Shown: positions 24,751 to 38,759 of the stretch, in pieces | Numbering within the stretch: the stretch's first letter is position 1 | Layout of the letters: each line of letters starts with the position of its first letter | NCBI RefSeq assembly: GCF_009914755.1 | Contig: NC_060934.1 | Source of the DNA: the human T2T-CHM13v2.0 reference genome, Homo sapiens | Direction: 5' to 3' (one strand) | DNA length: 64,000 bases | Made by a program: the position numbers and the translations under genes | Notes under the pieces: generated by a model | The model's input: only the letters and a program-made list of their open reading frames with translations | What the model was told of the DNA's origin: nothing | Databases searched by the model: none

Positions 24751-25214
24751 TGTAGCAGGACGATCCACAGACAAGAACCCCTCGGACACCGAGTTGTGGA
24801 AGGAAAGGCCTTTATTCAGCTGGGAGCATCGGCGGGCTCACGTCTCCAAAAACTGAGCTCCCCGAGTGAGCAATTCCTGTCCCTTTTAAGGGCTCACAAC
24901 TCTAAGGGGGTCCATGTGAGAGGGTCGTGATCGATTGAGCAAGCAGGGGGTACGTGACTGGGGGCTGCATGCACTGGTAATCAGAACAGAACAGAACAGG
25001 ACAGGGATTTTCACAGTGCTTTTCCATACAATGTCTGGAATCTATAGATAACATAACCAGTTAGGTCAGGGGTCCATCTTTAACTACCAGACCCAGGGAG
25101 TGGCTCCGGGCTGTCTGCCTGTGGATTTCATTTATGCCTTTTAGTTTTTACTTCTTCTTTCTTTGGAGGCAGAAATTGGGCATAAGACAATATGAGGGGT
25201 GGTCTCCGCCCTTA
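24751..25214 (-). mobile_element. Solo LTR2 (HERV-E/Harlequin family, ERV1)
   Basis: 464 bp, from tgtagcaggacg to ggtggtctccgccctta, matching the recalled LTR2 consensus; 4-bp TSD atct at 24747-24750 and 25215-25218; minus-strand AATAAA at 24811-24816 and TTAAAA TATA-like box at 24884-24889. Confidence 0.93.
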
Positions 25215-25354
25215 ATCTATATTGCCTCGCTCTGTCCACTAAAGAGGGTCTGGGAACTGCAGTCCACCGATACCAGTAAGAAAAATTTGTGTTCTAAATA
25301 CCTGGTTCTTGGTTGCTAAATGCTGTTCCACACTAAAAGGAACCAGACTTTTTA

Positions 25355-25680
25355 AAAACATTTTACTTTAAGTTCTGGGATGCATGTGCTGAGCATGCAG
25401 GTTTGTTATATAGGTATACATGTGCCATGGTGGTGTGCTGCACCTATCAACCCGTCATCTAGCTTTTAAGCCCCGCATGCATTAGGTATTTGTCCTAATG
25501 CTCTCCCTCCCCTTTCCCTCTACCCACTGACAGGCCCCAGTGTGTGGTGTTCCCCTCTCTGTGTCCATGTGTTCTCATTTTTCAACTCCCACTTATGAAT
25601 GAGAACATGTGGTGTTTGGTGTTCTGTTCCTGTATTAGTTTGCTGAGGATGATGGTTTCCAGCTTCATCCATGTCCCTGC
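25355..25680 (-). mobile_element. L1PA8-like 3' end, 5'-truncated
   Basis: ttttaagccccgcatgcattaggtatttgtcctaatgctctccctcccc is L1PA8-like; flanking repeat aaaggaaccagacttttta at 25336-25354 and 25681-25699. Confidence 0.93.
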
Positions 25681-26295
25681 AAAGGAACCAGACTTTTTAG
25701 AGAAATAGCTGATTACTAGACCTGGGCAGGGAAAATTCAAGATGTAGTTGGAACATTTTATTTTGTCAAAAAGAAAAGAAATGATCAAAGAATTATAGGG
25801 ACATATAGAGGAGAGTCAATTTATCAGGCATCCCACTAGAAAACCTTGAGATTTTCACCCAGTAAGTGAAACAAGATAAATCTTGAATATAAACTGATAG
25901 AAATTAATAAATGAACAAATCAAATGGTAAGGAATCACATATTTACATCATTTCAAGGTAATATCCTGTAAAATATTTATCAATCACAAATAATAAAGAA
26001 GTGACTAACTGTACTGTAAGAAATCTTGGCAGATATGACTTTAGTCAAGTGCTCAAAGTGAACATCATAAGTAATGGAACAAACTAAATCTTGGAACAGC
26101 TGATAGAATAAAACAAGGAAAACAGAGCATCACTCTTGTGGCAGTCTTGCCAAAGGCATAAAAGCTGAATATAATCCTGTGAACACATTAGACAAACCCA
26201 AATTGAGGAAATACTATAATATAATCGGGCAATCTTCGTAAGTGTCAGGAAAGATTGGGAAATTTCCAGGTTGAAGGAGACTAGTATTGACATGA

Positions 26296-26681
<386 letters not shown>

Positions 26682-27079
26682 TAGATGTGGTCTGTGGGTT
26701 ACATAATAGTAATATATTCATATTAATGCCCTAATTTTGTCATCATTTTGTAGAAATAATGCAATAAAACATTCAGGGCTGATGGGGCATCATGTCAACA
26801 CACCTCAAATGATTCAGGAAAAAAATATAAATTTTGTACTATTTTTGTAAATTCAAGATGAAAAAATAAGTATTGCTGTTACAAGTAATTTATCTGTCCA
26901 TCTGTCCATGTATCTATCCACCAATGTCTTTATCCATCTCCTATTAAAGAAAACTAAAATCAGAAACTTTTTTTGAACTCATATTAATTCTTATATTGAA
27001 TTTACAAGTTTATGGAGTCTGTTACCTGAGAGTTAGAAAAGATAAAACTCAGGTTCCACTGTTCGTCCAGGGACTGTGA

Positions 27080-27630
27080 TGAGTATTTTCATCTATATTA
27101 CCTTATTTACATTTATAATAGTTCCAAGAGGTAAGTTTTTGTATATGCATTTTACAGAGTAAGAGGATGAGGCTCTGAGAATTTGAATGGATTATTCAAG
27201 GATTCATTCGTTCAGCTCCTGCACATCAGGGCTCAGAATTCAGTGCCTTCTGCCGCCTGGAGTTCTTTCTGATAAATCATGGTAACTTCATCTGGCTTAG
27301 GGGGATAAGCTTCAGTCAGGCAGTAAGATTCTCTGGAGCCTTTTTGCAGTGCTAGGGATATGACAACTAAGCAAAGACTTCTGAGAAATTGTCAAGGGAG
27401 TCCATAAATTTCAGTGGAAGTAGACCTAGGTTAGCCATTTAATAATGAGAGTTTTTGCCTTGGTTTTGTCAGTTATTTTTTCTTGTGACTATTTAAGAGA
27501 CTCAGAGACCCAGTTGCTTTATCCCTAAAATGGGCACAACTTCCTGGCCTGTAATTTCATTAGGTGGTTTAAAGAATACATGAGATGATGAGTTAAAAGT
27601 GATTTGCACTTCTAAAGGTGCTATATTGAC
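27080..27630. mobile_element. Two MIR remnants in opposite orientation
   Basis: cattttacagagtaagaggatgaggctctgaga (- strand, ~27150); cagttgctttatccctaaaatggg (+ strand, ~27515). Confidence 0.6.
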
Positions 27631-27804
27631 CTAGCATGATGCTGATTTGTATTTGGGTATGAGTTGTCCTTATAATTAGGGTAGAGGTTAGAACAAAGGA
27701 ATACATTCTCCCTCATAGATGAGTCAATCCATAATCTCCAGGAACTTGTTTTTTTGTTGTTGTTTTTTGTTTTTGTTTTTGTTTTTTCCCCTAAAAGTTT
27801 CAGG

Positions 27805-28250
27805 CTGTGGTAATGCAGTAGAGTGATTGCATAATTGATTCCAATCTTTCATTGTCCTCAATCCATTTCCCCTGCCCTACAACTATGTAACATCCTCCCA
27901 ATCAGACTCTGAACTCAACCACATGACTTGATTTAGCCAATGGGATATTAACATATGTGACACAATCAGAGGCTTGAAGTCTTGCTGATTGGGTTTGTTC
28001 TCACTTGTCCTCTTCTTTACCCTGAAAGGAAATGCTCAGATAAGCAGGTGGTTTCAGCAGGAGGGTGAGAGACATGGAGGAGGGCTAGTTTGCTCTACAC
28101 ATCCATTGCCTTCCTAGATGAGTTGACAGAGAGCTGATCTGTACACATACTTAGCGCACCTAGGAGCTGACAAAACCATCTAATTTACTACCCACAGATA
28201 GCTCAGTTCAATAAACACTTATTATTGATAGCTCCTAAACAATACATTGT
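27805..28250 (+). mobile_element. Old MLT1 (H/I/J-like) MaLR LTR
   Basis: ccacatgacttgatttagccaatgggatattaacatatgtgacacaatcagaggcttgaa; aataaacacttattattg near the end. Confidence 0.72.
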
Positions 28251-28816
28251 GATTTTAGTAAGGCATGCATATATACTATGATAAAGTAAAAAGCAAAGTT
28301 TCTGTAACTTTAACATGAAACCAGGAGCTTCAATATTACTTTCGTACCTACCAGCTTCCATTTTCAGCATTACCTTCAGATGCCCCTATATCTGCAGCAA
28401 TCGAGGACTGTATTTCAGAAATAATTAATTTAGGAAATAAAACAGCAACTACTTAAGAGATGCTGATATTGAACTTCCACCTGAAATCTATCCCATTGCA
28501 CATATATCTAGGGCTCAGTATAGAAAGAAAGAACTAAGTATGACTGTGACCTAGAATACTCCTTGGAAATGGAAATAGTTAAATCATCTAGGAGCTTTTC
28601 CTCTGGAATTATGGGAGCTGGTTTCCCTTTTCTTTTTGGATGGGTGGGAGGAAAAGTTTGATTTGAAATATAAACCTCTTTTAGTGTAATTATTTTATAA
28701 TGTCTTATTTGAAACAATATATACACAGTCATATTTCTTAAATTATTATTATAATTCAAATAAGTAAGGATATTGTAAATCTCCCTTCCAAATTTTTAAA
28801 GTAATCTTGCTAATAG

Positions 28817-29121
<305 letters not shown>

Positions 29122-29224
29122 GCCAATAACACTTTTTAAACTCCTGTGCATCATCTGTGTAATGCTATCTTTCTTGCAGCATAACAGACGTATTTTTATT
29201 GATCGTAATATATAATATCAACTC

Positions 29225-29508
29225 TTTTTTTTTTTTTTTTTTTTTTGAGATGGAGTCTGGCACTGTCGCCCAGGCTGGAGTGCAGTGGCACAATCTAGGC
29301 TCACTGCAAGCTCCTCCTCCCGGGTTCACGCCATTCTCCTGCCTCAGCCTCCAGAGTAGCTGGGACGACAGGCGCCGGCCACCATGCCCGGCTAATTTCA
29401 GTAGAGACCGGGTGTTAGCCAGGATAGTCTCGATCTCCTGACCTCGTGATCCGACCACCTCAGCCTCCCAAAGTGCTGGGATTACAGGCGTGAGCCACTG
29501 CGGCTGGC
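29225..29508 (-). mobile_element. AluY with two small internal deletions
   Basis: AluY diagnostics; linker collapsed to gctaatttcagtagagaccgggtgttagcc; TSD tataatatcaact / tataatgtcaact. Confidence 0.96.
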
Positions 29509-30780
29509 TTATAATGTCAACTTTTAAACTTCATTCCTCTGTAATGGATTTTGCATGGCCACCTTGCAGGTAGAATCAGAAATGTTGCAGTCCTCTTTTG
29601 AAAGTGCATAACAAAATCTTGTTTTAAGAGAACAGGTGCTAGGGCTTGTATTCTAACCAAACTCCAGTTCTTAGCAACTGCATTCTAACTGCAGAATTAC
29701 TCATACAATTTGAACTACACTAGATTTCTTTGTTCATCTCTTCTTAATTAATAATTGCAATGTTAGGGAAATGCAAAAGTTGCATAATAAATACCGAGAT
29801 AGTTTTTTTTTAAATGATATATGTAGTAAACATAGTTTAACTTAAAAACAACATGGAGCTGGCATCGTCATTAACAAGCTGTGTGATTTTGTACGTGTTA
29901 CTTTACTTCTCCAACCATTGCCTTCTTTATATGTGTTAATATGGAAAAATGTCTATGATATATGTTCAGTAAAAAAAGCTGAAACAATTGTATTTATGCT
30001 CTAATCCTGTGATAATATAGATGGGATTTTAATTATGCAAGTTCCTAAAGTTAGAAATACGTGTATAAAAGTGAGTTTTTATAACAAAAGTATTCCTAGG
30101 GTACTAAATACTTATAAAATTAGTCTCCACCCAATCATCCATCTTCACTTAACTTTTCCACTCATATATCATGCATGTGTAAATCATCTCTAACTGATTT
30201 CTAAATGTTACATTCCACAAAACAACATAAATGCAGGGCAAATCAAACACACAATGGAATTGCATATCATGTACTACATGCAATATTTCATGGATCTCTC
30301 ATAGTAAGATTGAAGAATTACTCAAATCCCACCCAAAACTGTTGCCCATCAATTACTGTATTTGAAAAATAGGGGGAAAAAACAAAGAAGAAAGGGAGGA
30401 AGGTAGAGAAGGAGGGAAGAAGACAACATGATGATGATAGAGTTGGCACCGCAAAATATTTTCTAAAAATATACCAAAAGATTAAGCAATCTATGCAATC
30501 ATAAAATTTGTAGAGAAAAATTACTCAAAAGTGTCAGCACATGAGCCATATTTTATTCATTCGTAAAATTATTATATGGAACAATTAAACCTAAGTTTTA
30601 TTAAATGTAAAACGATATACTATCTACATATTGAGTTTTATATTTCTAATTTTGTTCTTTTTAAAATAAAATAATGCTACATAATTTAATTTTATCCACT
30701 TTAAATGGTCTAACTTCATTCATTTTCAGATACAGAAGATCTTCTAGGTCTTCTGTATAGAAATATATACACACCATCTG

Positions 30781-31110
30781 CACACATACACACATATGTA
30801 CAAATACATCTATCTATATATGTATGTATATATGTATATATATTCCAGTATATACATACATATGTGTGTATATATATTCCATGTATAGTGTGTATATATG
30901 TATGTATATATGTATATATATTCCAGTATATACATATGTGTATATATATATTCCATATATAGTGTGTATATGTATAGACACACATATACATGCATATATG
31001 TATATACACTGATGTATATATACATTGATGTATATATGTATGTATATATGTACATATACATATATGTGTGTGTGTGTATATATATATATTTATGCACACA
31101 CATATATATT
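30781..31110. repeat. Complex (TA/TG/CA) microsatellite with higher-order unit
   Basis: tatatg/tatata units with a recurring tatatattcca motif; source of the YIYI ORFs. Confidence 0.95.
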
Positions 31111-31962
31111 CCAGTTTTCAAATGGAGCCAAAACACTGGATTTGCTGGCTTTTTCCCATTCAAGTCTAGAATAGACTCCAGTTCTCCCTCAGCTCCAACA
31201 TGGATGTTTTTGAACAGTCAGGGAAGTTATAGATCCATGGTCAGTATTTCACAGGGCACTTGGGATATCTAGCTATGTTTAAGTATGTACAATTAGTAAC
31301 AAGAGGAGATAAAGCAGAAGAAACTAATGGGGTTGCACTTTGAGTGAACTTTTAATAATTCAGATTGAAAGATAGACTTATTTTCAAATTGGCCTGTGAT
31401 ATGAATAGTGTGGTACAGGAAAGAAGATCAGAGGATAACCTAGAACCTGGAGGACAAAAAAAGAAGTGACTCATGCCACGTTTTTTTTTTTTTTTTTTTA
31501 AATCATGGAAGGAATTCTAGGAGATAATAATAAAACCACACCCAGTAAGATATATAACTGGTTATGAAATTCTTCCAAATTATATATTCAAGGTTATATA
31601 TTTTTGTCTAGTAAAATTGACCAAGCAACAAGTGCCCATTTTGCTTTGTGAGAGAAAATTGCATCAATTTTTGGATACCTTAAAAGACCTCATTAAAAGA
31701 GACTATTGAAAGATTATTATAAATTTCTAGCCACAACAAGGGAACTTTCCTTGACTAATTAAGGCAATAATCTCGTGCCAGAAGGGCCTGGACAAGGGTT
31801 ATTTCTTTCCGGGTTGTCTTCTGGTTCAATGGCATAATAGATTACAACAATTGACTGATCTATCTCATTGATACTTATTGTCTGAATAATCATGGCCTTG
31901 TTACCTATAGCTTCAACAATAGCAATAATAAGACAAACAAAATACACAAATACATTCTGTCT

Positions 31963-31964
<2 letters not shown>

Positions 31965-32015
<51 letters not shown>

Positions 32016-32016
32016 A
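31965..32016. repeat. (CA)n microsatellite
   Basis: About 20 perfect CA units, then cgcaca variants. Confidence 0.97.
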
Positions 32017-32459
32017 ATCCAGCCTTGGAAATTTAAGAACTTGTCCAGTCGGGCAAGGCAGGACCTGGAAAAACAGAACCAAATAGATGTGTTCAGGAGG
32101 AAGTCCAGTGAAACAGGCAAGTGGATAAGAGGCAAAGACATAGACAGCGTACAGTTCAGGCAGGTAATAAGCATGAAGAAGGAGACAGCAGTAAAACATA
32201 AATAAATTAATTAATTAATTAAAACAAAAAGCATCCTGGAACCCAAAAGCGCAGGCAGAAAGCAGAAAAGAGGTATCTAAGAAGCAATGGTCTGGAATCC
32301 AGGCAGAAGGCGTGTGGTCAGCACCAGAGAGCACAATCAGCGGACAATCATGCTTTGGGCCATTTAAAAGAAATACATTTAAATTTTACACATGCAGCTC
32401 TTGGATGGCATTGGGTGAGTGCAAGACAAAGCCCTCACACTGGGCAACCTGTCAACAAC

Positions 32460-32690
32460 ATGGAACAGTGGAACTGGAACTGACTTTGGAGTCCAACAGT
32501 GCTGAGCTCATACCTTCACTCCAGCATTTACAAGTTGTAGATGAGTACAACTTGTACAGTTAACCTCCTCATCTGTAAACTGACTAATAACATCTCTTTG
32601 CTCATTTGAAGATTAGACAAAGTAATATACATGTGTAAAACACAAAGGATAGTGCTCAGCATATAACAAGTGTTTATAGTTTATGAATTT
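32460..32690 (+). mobile_element. MIR remnant
   Basis: gactttggagtccaacag..ctcctcatctgtaaactgactaataaca..agtgctcagcatataacaagtg. Confidence 0.7.
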
Positions 32691-35049
32691 TCTTTAGAGC
32701 TAGGGAAAAAAATGAGTTTAAGAGCAGGTTAACCACAAGAAATTTATGACTGAATTCAATGTGCATCATAAAATACATTAAATTCTTGTTGCCCATACTT
32801 ACAGAGTTGAAGTTAGAGCTGATTCTAGCAGACAATGGGTGAGACACGAAATGGTTTCAAGTAATCCTGGGTCTGCACAGGGAGGTGGGAAATGCAGAGG
32901 GTAGGGAGCCAGACAGGAGAGTTGGTTTTATGCAGAAAATGCCAGCAGATTGATTTTCTAAAGTAAGAGATTTTTAATTCAATTCCCTTTGCACCTCTTC
33001 CTCTGCCTGAGATTCTGCTATATTACACTCTAAAATAGCTATTATCACTATCTGTTACAAAGCTGATGCAGAATAATTGAGCATGTCCCTGGAGAAATTA
33101 CACAAACAAATTCCTTAATTCTGCAGAATTATGCAGGGCCCGGAGGGGATTCCTCATGCTCCCCTACCTTCTCATCAATGTTGGATAATTAGTTTTCTGT
33201 CTGAGGCATATTTATAACATCAGTGGAGTTATCAGTGGTCAATAAGGTGATGCTTGGGTGCCAATAATTGGGAAACTTGACATTTTCCAATTAGATGAAT
33301 TTCTCAGTGTTGATTGAAAGATCCAATACCGGTCACCATTTTCTGCATTATTTTCTGGGTAGCTCAGTGGGACACACTGAGAGAGTATGGATTAGAAGAG
33401 ACAGGGGCCAGAGAAGGGGGTTGGTAAAAATAAGGATTGTGTTGCTGGAGGCAGCAAAACATATTTTCCCTCATCTAAAGAAATTTCCCAAGAGATGAAC
33501 CAGAATGCAAATGATCTGTGCTGAAGTCCTCGAGTAGACTGTGAGTTTCCTCTAGTTCAATGTGTAATATGAACTCCTAGCATAATGCTTGCCACATAGA
33601 AAGCTCTAAAAATATTCCGTTTATCTTTGGTGAAAGGCTGGAGGGAAAATGGTATATTCAACATTAATAAATATTTAACATTTAAAAAATTTTTCCTTTT
33701 GTAATTTACCCCATTGTCTACCTCCAGTGAAGACTAATTGCTAGAATACTTCAGCCTGCCAATGAGAAAACATGTTCAGCCAGGGAAGTCGGGATAGTAA
33801 TGTCCTGTATTACCCTTGCTGGAGGGTTCTGTAACTATCCATTTTGTCTTACTTCTGCCCGGCCATTTCACTCCACTGACTGGTTCTATCATATTTCCAT
33901 TTCCCAATAGGACTCTTCTTTCCATTAAATCCAGTGGCTTTGCTAGGGAATGAAAAGACTTGGGTTATGACATAGGGTTGTCATGGGCTTACATTGCAGC
34001 TGCACCTCTCTAACTTAATTGGGTGACTCCAAGATTCCTTTGTGTTTTTAGGATCTTTTCTTTAATGATATCTAATTCCTTGGGTTGTCCTATGTAATTC
34101 ATGTGTAATAAACATGGAATTGTGCAAGACCCCAAGTTGAAAGCATCAGTTAGGAGTTAGACCATGTAAAACCTATGGAAATAATGAAGTGTTTCCTCCA
34201 TTAGCTAGAAATTGAAGGAGTATATCTTGAAGATGTGTTGCAGGGCTAACATTCTAGGATGCTAACATTCTATATCAGAAAATCCAGTACCTACGCCCAA
34301 CTTCTTCACTCATATGCTGCAGAAATACAGAAGAAATGTACCTCCATACCTGGGACTTATTAGCATTCGGGTACTTGGTTTCAATCCTAATCTGAGACAT
34401 ACTACCAGATCCCCACACCCTCCCCTCCCCCAAAAATTAAAGCTTGCATTTCCAAACTATTGACAATACCAAAGTCTGTTCTCATTAACGATTCATTAAA
34501 TATCCAATGACATAATATTTGCCTTAGACAACACAAAGTAGAGTATACCATTATGGGTTGCTTAAATCACAAATTGAGCTGACTTCAAGCAATGACTCCC
34601 ATGAGATTAAAATACAGTATTTGAGGAAGTAGCATGCAGAGATAAATGGAATGCTTACTAAAGAGAGAGAGAAAGAGTTTACAATACCACTTTTGGTATA
34701 GAAACAAGAATCTAAGGGAATAAATCTGCTTTTTCAAGTACTATTTTTAACATTTGTTACATACACTTTGTATTTAAAAAAAATCTCCTGACATTTATGG
34801 TTAAGAAGTAGCTTGCAAAATCTTTCTCCAGTTCTCTCATAGAGGAGGAAAAAAGTCTGTAAATATTTTCAGAAGACAAGTATGCCTGTAATACTATGAA
34901 ATGAGATTAAGTTACCCTACTAGTAATATGATCTTTGCATTGGAAGCAAATTCCTTTTTGTGATTTTTTTCCTGAGTTGGTTATACAGCAGACTAGATGA
35001 CGATGATAAAGGTATCAAGGTCTAAGTTTTTATTTTTATTTTAAAATAC

Positions 35050-35880
35050 TGTTTTTTTTTTTAAATCAGATACATGAGGCCACACAAAACAACTACCTAG
35101 CTTAATGAACTGTTTCAAGTCAAATAGCTTTGCAACCACCATAGCGGTCAATGAGTAACTTTGCCAGCCAGCCCAGAATCCCTGTCCCAAGTGCTTCGTC
35201 TCAAACCCACCTACCTCTCTGCCCTACAACCTAGCCTGACTTTTATAGTACTTGCTGCCTTAATACTTTTATATTTTTATAATTCAAATATGCATCCATA
35301 GACACTAGAGTTTATCCAACTATTTTTTTTCTATTTGGTTATGTCTTTTGTGTCTTTTTTAGTCTACATGTTCATCCACCATTCTCTTCTTTTTTTTAAT
35401 TTAAAAACACAATTCATTGTTGAGGGACTGGGCCCATTCGAACTGTAGTTTCCCACAGCCTGGAATTCGAGATTGCAGTCTCTCTGAATCCAGCCAGGCC
35501 TTCATGACTTTAGCAGGACTGTAGGTGGAGTTGCTTTTCTTCAACAGGTGCAAAATGCATAAATCCACTAAATAATTGAGGGTTGAAAATGGTGATATTC
35601 AAAATCCATATTTTTTTTTACATATTAGTTGAAATAATTCTGTAGGAATCACTTGCTCTCATCTCCTATTTAGTTACCCAATGATATTGTTCATATAGGA
35701 AAGGCAGGATAAAAGCCAGATATTTACCAGTTTTCAAGATAATGATTTTTTTCCTATCATCTTTGAAAGGTGATCATTTTTTTTAACATGGCAGTATGAA
35801 CACATGGATTTAAACTTACTTATTTGATGCATTTTAATACATTGCAATTGTTAACCTTGTGGAAGCTAAAATTGTCTCTT
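35050..35880 (-). mobile_element. Old L1MC4-like 3' fragment
   Basis: ctgtagtttcccacagcctggaatt; ttcatataggaaaggcaggataaa; atttaccagttttcaagataatg. Confidence 0.65.
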
Positions 35881-36469
35881 ATTTGAAGATGATATTTTCT
35901 ATTTAAAAAATGCTGACTAATGTGTATTGACTGATAACTTTTTTGAGTACTTTATATGTATTATTCAGCGTAATGCTCCCAGAAGTCCTCAAAGTATCCT
36001 TTCACAAATTAGAAAGCTGAAACACAAAACATTTCAGTAATTCTCCAAAGTTCTCTTAGCTAGATGAGATAAAACTGCAATAGAAGTCAGGGCTACCTTC
36101 TTGATCCTGCTGCATTTATTATGGTACAAGCTTACTAATCAAATTTTTTAATTTTCAGATTTAGTTTTTGTCTCCTATAGCAAAAAGATGTATGTGAGTT
36201 ATCAAATCTACATTTATGCCCATTTTACCAAGGAAATGGAGACTTAGAGAAGTTAAGTGATGGGTTCAAAAACATATAGTATATGTGCCTCATAAGAGAC
36301 AAAGACCAAACTCTAGCCTTGGGCCTCCTGTCCTTTGAAGCAGTATTGTCCTTCCCATGGAGTGATCACTGAAGTGATTGGAGATAGTTGACAATGTACC
36401 TCCACATGATGTCACAGGCCCAGTCCCGGTGGCAAATCTGCTTATCTGTTTCCAAGTAGAGAAAAGTGA

Positions 36470-36504
36470 TCACACACAAACACACACACACACACACACA
36501 CACA
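36470..36504. repeat. (CA)n microsatellite
   Basis: cacacacaaacacacacacacacacacacacaca. Confidence 0.95.
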
Positions 36505-37659
36505 CCCCTTTATGGGAAGAGAAGAATGCACAGTTTTACAACAAATAGCAGTGCTTCATGAATGTTGCAATTCTAAAGATCAAGTCAGGAACCTTTCTAA
36601 AATGAAGGCAAATGGAATTGTATGCAGGTTATTGTCCACAGCGGTCATAATATCTCAATGTCTGATATTCTCTTGAAGTTTATATTTTTAATTATTGTAC
36701 TTTCTACACAGCTTCAGCATTTTTTTTTTCTAAAGACAAACGAATAGGTAGGAGGATAACTAGTGAGAACCGCACCCCCCACACAATCACCACTTCATGT
36801 TTTCTAAGATGGGTATATTTGCAAAAACATGTATGGATCTAAATTCTCTTTTATATCATATCCATCTTTCTTTGGAGTCTACAGTGCATCCATGATCATT
36901 GTGTACCCCTGAGTTACTAATTTCTTTTATAAATAGAAGGGTTTGCTGAAGAGAATTTTTCAGTGCTGATTTCTGAAGTTGCTTGTTATTTAGGTATTTT
37001 TGATTAGGTCTCAAGAAAAATATATGGAGTCTTTAAGATGTTTGGAATAGAAGTGCCTTCATAGCTGAATGCGAAAGAATCCATGGACACTTATTTGTTA
37101 TATATGCTGGGAGCTGGTGCTCGGAATACCTCAGAGAATAACTCACGGAAGTCTGAATGAGTAGGGTGGGGGAATACTGAAAATAAAGTTTCTTGTTAGA
37201 TACTTGAACTAATAAAAGTTTCTCCCACAATTACTCAGTTCTAACACTGGATTAAGGCACATCCCCCTCACCTCATGATATTTAAGTACATGTATACTTG
37301 CCATAAATACTCTGTTTATCTGCAAGATGTAATTAGATCTCTAAAAAAGTGACAGTTCACAAGACAGTTATGATATTTCAATTTAGTGCAAACCTGTAGA
37401 TTTAATTGCCTCAAATAACAACACAGATTGTATTTCAAACTCTTCAGGATTCAGGATCATCTGTTATATGTTAGTACATTATTACACGGCATACTGTAAG
37501 ACTGGGTTTACAACAAACAGATGCACCAAAATGCTATGCTTCCCAAAATGTGGACTTTAGTTTTTACAGGAAGGTGAATTAAAATTAAGATGCAGATGAG
37601 CTTCTTGATTTCACAGTATGTTTTAAGTGGAATTGCCTTGGGAATGAAAACTAGCCCCA

Positions 37660-37880
37660 GCACAGTAGGGTGACTATCACGGACAGTATTGTATTTTATA
37701 TTTCAAAATACGTAGGAAAGATGATTTTGACTGTTCTCAAAGAAATTATCAACGTTTGAGGTAATGGATAAGCTAATTAATGTGATATGATCATTACACA
37801 GCATATACCTGTATCAAAACATCACACTGTACCCCGTGAATACATCCAACGATTATGTGTCAATTAAAAATAAAGTAAAA
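37660..37880 (+). mobile_element. L1MA 3' end
   Basis: gcacagtagggtgactat..atatttcaaaata..atcaaaacatcacactgtacccc..gtcaattaaaaataaa. Confidence 0.85.
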
Positions 37881-38759
37881 CTTTACAAAATCAAATGAGC
37901 TACTCTGAAGCATTTGCAATGACTTCATAGTTTAAACTGGGATAGAATCTCAAACTAGAAAAGGGCAAGGAGCCTGTTCTCACTAACCATGTCACTCTTG
38001 GAGCAGATGGCCTTTCCTGAAGGCTGCGACATTTTTTGCATATCCCTTTATTTCAAAGGCTGTTATGGTCATGAAATGGAATAATGTGAGGACCCCTAAG
38101 GGAGCTCAGGCATGTTCAGAAATACTTGATGAGATTATCTTCCAATATGAATGTGCAAGGAAGTGTTTTAATTCTAGTCATAATTTAACAAGATGAAATC
38201 AAGCTAAAGATGTAATATATTAATTGGATCTTGTGTAACCACTAAAAGCAGTGCTAGAGACCTCTACATATTGATGTTAAGACATGAACGACATGTGAAT
38301 TTCTATGTGAAAAGAGCAGTTATGAGGACGGTTTGTATGATAGTTGGGTTCTTCCTTTACACACACCGTCCTCATGCTGTCTGCTGTTATACTTTGTGTT
38401 TGCCTCCCTGCAGTGGCCCAGCCTCTGAAATGTTTTGCCTTCCTCCACTCCCTCACTGTGTTCTAGTCCCCTAAAAACTCAAATGACTTTACTCTGAATA
38501 TCTGGGATCTGACAAACCAATTGCCATATGGCCAGTCCATATTTAGAGGAGATATTGTGAGATCTCTAATCTGTTGCTACCACTATTACTCATGAGAACA
38601 AAGATCCCTCCTACTATTTCTTAGTTTTTTCTATAGATTAACCTTATTCTCTGGTCTACAATTATAATCATAGTTTTGCAAATACAGATTACTCATTCTA
38701 TTTTAGTTCCAGGGTGGCAAATTCTCAATGCTATTTAAACCCATTGTCCAGTTTCTCTA

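Noticed and set aside
30716-31272. Several 62-127 aa Y/I/H/T-rich ORFs
   Set aside because: Translations of TA/CA microsatellite that lacks stop codons.
32040-32330. Purine-rich block resembling an ancient Gypsy-like LTR
   Set aside because: No termini or TSD identifiable; cannot assign a family by eye.
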